Of a DNA stretch of 54,528 nt, positions 51,694 to 54,528 are shown piece by piece. Origin of the DNA: a virus (lineage: Duplodnaviria > Caudoviricetes). The stretch's first letter is position 1. Each line of letters starts with the position of its first letter. Below the pieces are notes generated by a model. The model searched no databases. It was not told the origin of the DNA and saw only the letters and a program-made list of their open reading frames with translations. The DNA lies in IMG/VR virus record IMGVR_UViG_3300011441_000013, positions 1-54,528 of that record; one strand, given 5' to 3'. The position numbers and the translations under genes were made by a program.

Positions 51694-52663
51694 TCATCTC
51701 GAAACATCGTAGACCTTCGGCGCTGCGATCTTCATCGGCTTGTCGTCCGGACCCTTGACGTAGGCATCAATCCAGATGAGCTTGCGTTCTCTGCGGCCTG
51801 GACCGACAGGCTGATTACGAATGTGACCCTCGACGATCCAGCGAACGGAGTATTCCCGCTTCGATTCTCCCTCCGTCGGCTCGTGTGTTGCTGTCGCTCG
51901 TTTGCGTAGCTGCACCACGCGCACCTTGTCAAGCTTCTCCGTGCCTGTGTGACGATCGAAGTCCTTCCGCGCGTGGCGCTCCACGTGTCCGTCGACAAGC
52001 TCCAGCGGCGCGAGCTTTTGGTTGAGCCAGAGCAACGCGCCGAGGATGAAGCGACTGATCTTCTCAGTCGCATGCATGAACTTGTCCTCGCCGAGGATTT
52101 GTACATCGCGGAACTTGCCGATAGGCCCATATTGCATCCAGTGTTCGTGACGAGCGCGGTCCAGCAGCTCAGCGATGGTCTCGCCTGGCATCCAATACCA
52201 GACTTGCGACGGCAACAGGGCGCCGGCCTTCGCCTCGAGTTGATAGACGCCGTGAGCGGATGCTGCACGTGGACGGTTCGTCGACACCCAACAAATGACG
52301 GCAAACACGCCGTCGATCCATCCCCATGCACAACGCCTTCAGCGGATCAGGTTGAATCACCGTTTGCACCTGCAGCGGCTCGTCGAAGTGCCACCACACG
52401 GCGGTCGTCGACAAGTTCCACTCGTTCAACTGAGCGTCGAGTGGGATCTTCTCCGCAAGCGCCAGCACCGCCGCCGTAGGATCTTTCGCCCAGAAGAACG
52501 GCCGCGCCACCGGCAAGAGCTTGGCGCCGATGAGAAAGTCATTCGCCGTGAGCATCTTCTTCCAGGCTTCCGATGGTCTCATCTTCACCACTCGCATGAC
52601 GGCTAGCGCCTGAAGCTGACTCTCGATCGCCGCCATGTATTCCCGACCTGCGCGGGGGATCAC
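51694..52663 (-). pseudogene. Frameshifted gene of the W-x-V-x-G-H-x-R-N-Q family (one extra G at 52322-52325)
   Basis: Removing one G from ATG GGG A gives ...LKALCMG-WIDGVFAVICW... and a 322-aa ORF ending VRWIVEGHIRNQPVGPGRRERKLIWIDAYVKGP. Confidence 0.7.
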
Positions 52664-53796
52664 TTGCCACCTCCAATCAGCTTCGTCGAGGTCGTCGTCG
52701 ACTTGAGAGCCTTGCTGAGCACCATCTTGTCGGCGGCCGCTCGTCCTGCAGCCCGTCCGGCCGCGTGGTCGGCCATCCCGCCGTTCAGCGCGGCAGAGTA
52801 GCGGCGGCGCTTCTTGAACTTCCCGTCGATGTATTCCTGCGCCTTGACCAGGCACCCATCGAGGCGCAGCAGCGCGGTCGACGTAGAGCCTGGCGCGTCG
52901 GCAGGGGCCGCAGCGACTGCCGCGACTCTGCTCTCCTTGAAGCGGTCCGCGATCCGCTCGACGAAGGCCATCAGCCACGCGGCGTGGAACCCGTGCGCCT
53001 CCTTCGCGTTGCCATGCTCCGCCTTACACTTGGCATAGAACTTCCGCCAGTCGGTCATCGAGAGCTGGTAAGCCGCCGGCACCAGCACGCCGTACGCATA
53101 CTCTGCGACCATCGCGTGGCTGCGAGTTCCGACGAACCAGACGTTGTTCGAGCCCGCCTGGATGAGGAACTTGCAAAGGTGCGCGCGAGCGACGACCCGA
53201 GCGAGTTCTTCCTGCCACGCGATGCGAGTCCGCTTCTTCACGATGCGATACTTCGTCAGGTCAACCGCCATCTCGATGACCGGGTCACGGTCGCTCGCGC
53301 GTGCGTAGTCGAGGTCGCTCGGGTTGAGCTCGTACTCGAGCAACATCTTGTTGATCATCGAGGCGAACGCCTCAGCGGCTTCCGTGTTGCCGATCTCCGC
53401 CTCCGACTCTCTCGACGCCTGCATCTTCACGAGACGCTCGATGACGCGATCGCGATGGTCAGACTGCTGATGCCTCATCGCGAGGATGAGTTCCTCTTCG
53501 AACTCCTGGAAGGCGACGCCGTGATTGAAGTGCCGCAAGTGCGCGAGTTCGTGCGCGCCCGTCTTCCAGACTTCTTCAGGGCTGATCGGCTCTTCCGTCC
53601 AGACGCCGTTCACCATGCCGCGCATCGCGATGGTGACGTCGCCGCTCGCAGAGCAGTAGCCGAGCGCGGACGTCGCGAGCTCGGGGTTCGCCACAGGCGC
53701 GACGGACTTGAGCTGCAGGTCGTAGTTCTTCGCCACGCGGCGCATCGCCGTGGCGACCTCGTGGAAGAGCAGGACGTCGTCAGGATGAAGATTCAT
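52660..53796 (-). CDS. HExxH (SprT/WLM-like) domain + DUF2786-like protein
   Basis: HELAHLRHFNHG..F; RVIERLVKM.......GNTEAAEAF......ML..Y. Confidence 0.8.
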   Translation of the reverse strand: MNLHPDDVLLFHEVATAMRRVAKNYDLQLKSVAPVANPELATSALGYCSASGDVTIAMRGMVNGVWTEEPISPEEVWKTGAHELAHLRHFNHGVAFQEFEEELILAMRHQQSDHRDRVIERLVKMQASRESEAEIGNTEAAEAFASMINKMLLEYELNPSDLDYARASDRDPVIEMAVDLTKYRIVKKRTRIAWQEELARVVARAHLCKFLIQAGSNNVWFVGTRSHAMVAEYAYGVLVPAAYQLSMTDWRKFYAKCKAEHGNAKEAHGFHAAWLMAFVERIADRFKESRVAAVAAAPADAPGSTSTALLRLDGCLVKAQEYIDGKFKKRRRYSAALNGGMADHAAGRAAGRAAADKMVLSKALKSTTTSTKLIGGGK

Positions 53797-54440
53797 TAGC
53801 GGCCGCCCTTCACGTCCGAGACGCGGTAGCCGAGCGCGTTCACGAGGCTGGCGAAGGTCTCTCTCTTGGCGATGAGCGTCGCGACCAGCATGTCGACGTT
53901 GCCATTGCCTTGAAGCTCGCCGCAGCTGTTGAGCCCGAAGAACTCCACAGCGGCTGCGGCTGGCGTGATGCTGAACTTCCGCGAGAAGCCCTTTTGTTCC
54001 AGCTCGACCGCGCCGCCGCGATCTGGATTGCGGCGCAGCGTCTGCTTGATGTCGGACATCTTACGAGCGACGTAGTCCGCCATCTCGTCGAGCTTCGTCG
54101 TGGCGGTGATGACATCGTCCATCGCGGAAGAGAGCGCGTAGAAGTCCTGACGCGTCTTGCAGCTGGCTTCCGTCCCGTCGAAGAGCGGCTTGGAGAGTTC
54201 CTTGTCGCGAGCTTCCATCGCAGCGACGTCGGGGATGGTGACGACGGTCGAACCCTTGACGGCGAACTCCTGATGCATGTCGTAGCCTTCGATGAGCGGC
54301 TCGGAGTTCGCCAGGCGGGCCTTGCGAGCGGAAGTCTTAACATACAGCGATGTGGTGCCACTGATTCTGCACTCGGCACCAATCGTCAGCAGGTCGAAGC
54401 GGATGTTCTTGAAGAGCATTGGCAGCGTTGAACGAAACAT
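53796..54440 (-). CDS. Early hypothetical protein (variant N-terminus MFRS created by the deletion junction; native start at 135)
   Basis: ORF track plus terminal overlap. Confidence 0.75.
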   Translation of the reverse strand: MFRSTLPMLFKNIRFDLLTIGAECRISGTTSLYVKTSARKARLANSEPLIEGYDMHQEFAVKGSTVVTIPDVAAMEARDKELSKPLFDGTEASCKTRQDFYALSSAMDDVITATTKLDEMADYVARKMSDIKQTLRRNPDRGGAVELEQKGFSRKFSITPAAAAVEFFGLNSCGELQGNGNVDMLVATLIAKRETFASLVNALGYRVSDVKGGR

Positions 54441-54528
54441 TCTGCAAAGCTCTTTGCCCTCTATAACTTAGAAGGCCGCAGGGACAAGGGTTCCTGCGGC
54501 CTTCCGACAGGCCGTAGCAGCCTGTCCC
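54309..54528. repeat. Terminal redundancy: copy of 1-120 joined directly to a copy of 244-343
   Basis: Junction ggcAGCGTtgaacg skips 121-243; AGCGT occurs at 116-120 and 239-243. Confidence 0.93.

Noticed and set aside
1-54528. Diversity-generating retroelement, integrase, tRNA or rRNA genes
   Set aside because: No reverse transcriptase, recombinase motifs or cloverleaf recognised; the 13868/27569 paralogs differ at synonymous sites, not adenine-specifically
1-54528. Apparent scarcity of CTAG
   Set aside because: Judged by eye only, and common in bacteria and phages; it cannot be tied to the modification system without counts

Overview
Apparently complete, circularly permuted genome of a tailed dsDNA phage. 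The unit length is about 54,308 bp: positions 1-120 recur at 54309-54428. I see no integrase or obvious repressor. The + strand arm (2.5-33 kb) runs: primase-polymerase, SF3/D5-type helicase, iteron-bearing inverted-repeat origin, TerS/TerL, a membrane-protein island, portal, an appendage-like gene block, scaffold, P22-type coat, neck, tail tube, frameshifted tail chaperone, tape measure, IPT/TIG tail protein and lysis genes. The - strand arm (33-54 kb and 0-2.2 kb) carries early genes plus DNA metabolism: SMC-like ATPase, putative SSB, SNF2 helicase, MazG-like, DnaQ-like, PD-(D/E)xK nuclease, DUF4406, beta clamp, MT-A70 and UDG-like. The standout is a 1210-aa ORF fusing a TAGT/GREB1-like DNA-base glycosyltransferase to a family A DNA polymerase. 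Its proofreading exonuclease looks dead, it carries a clamp-binding-like motif, and it follows an FkbM methyltransferase. This is a candidate replication-coupled DNA hypermodification system with no visible TET/JBP or hydroxymethylase. Non-coding highlights are a five-hairpin C-RGY-G RNA array before the capsid gene, two covarying AUGGA-loop leader hairpins at early promoters, two promoter classes and a 123-bp promoter-deletion junction at the contig end. All family calls come from motif recognition by eye; no searches were run.
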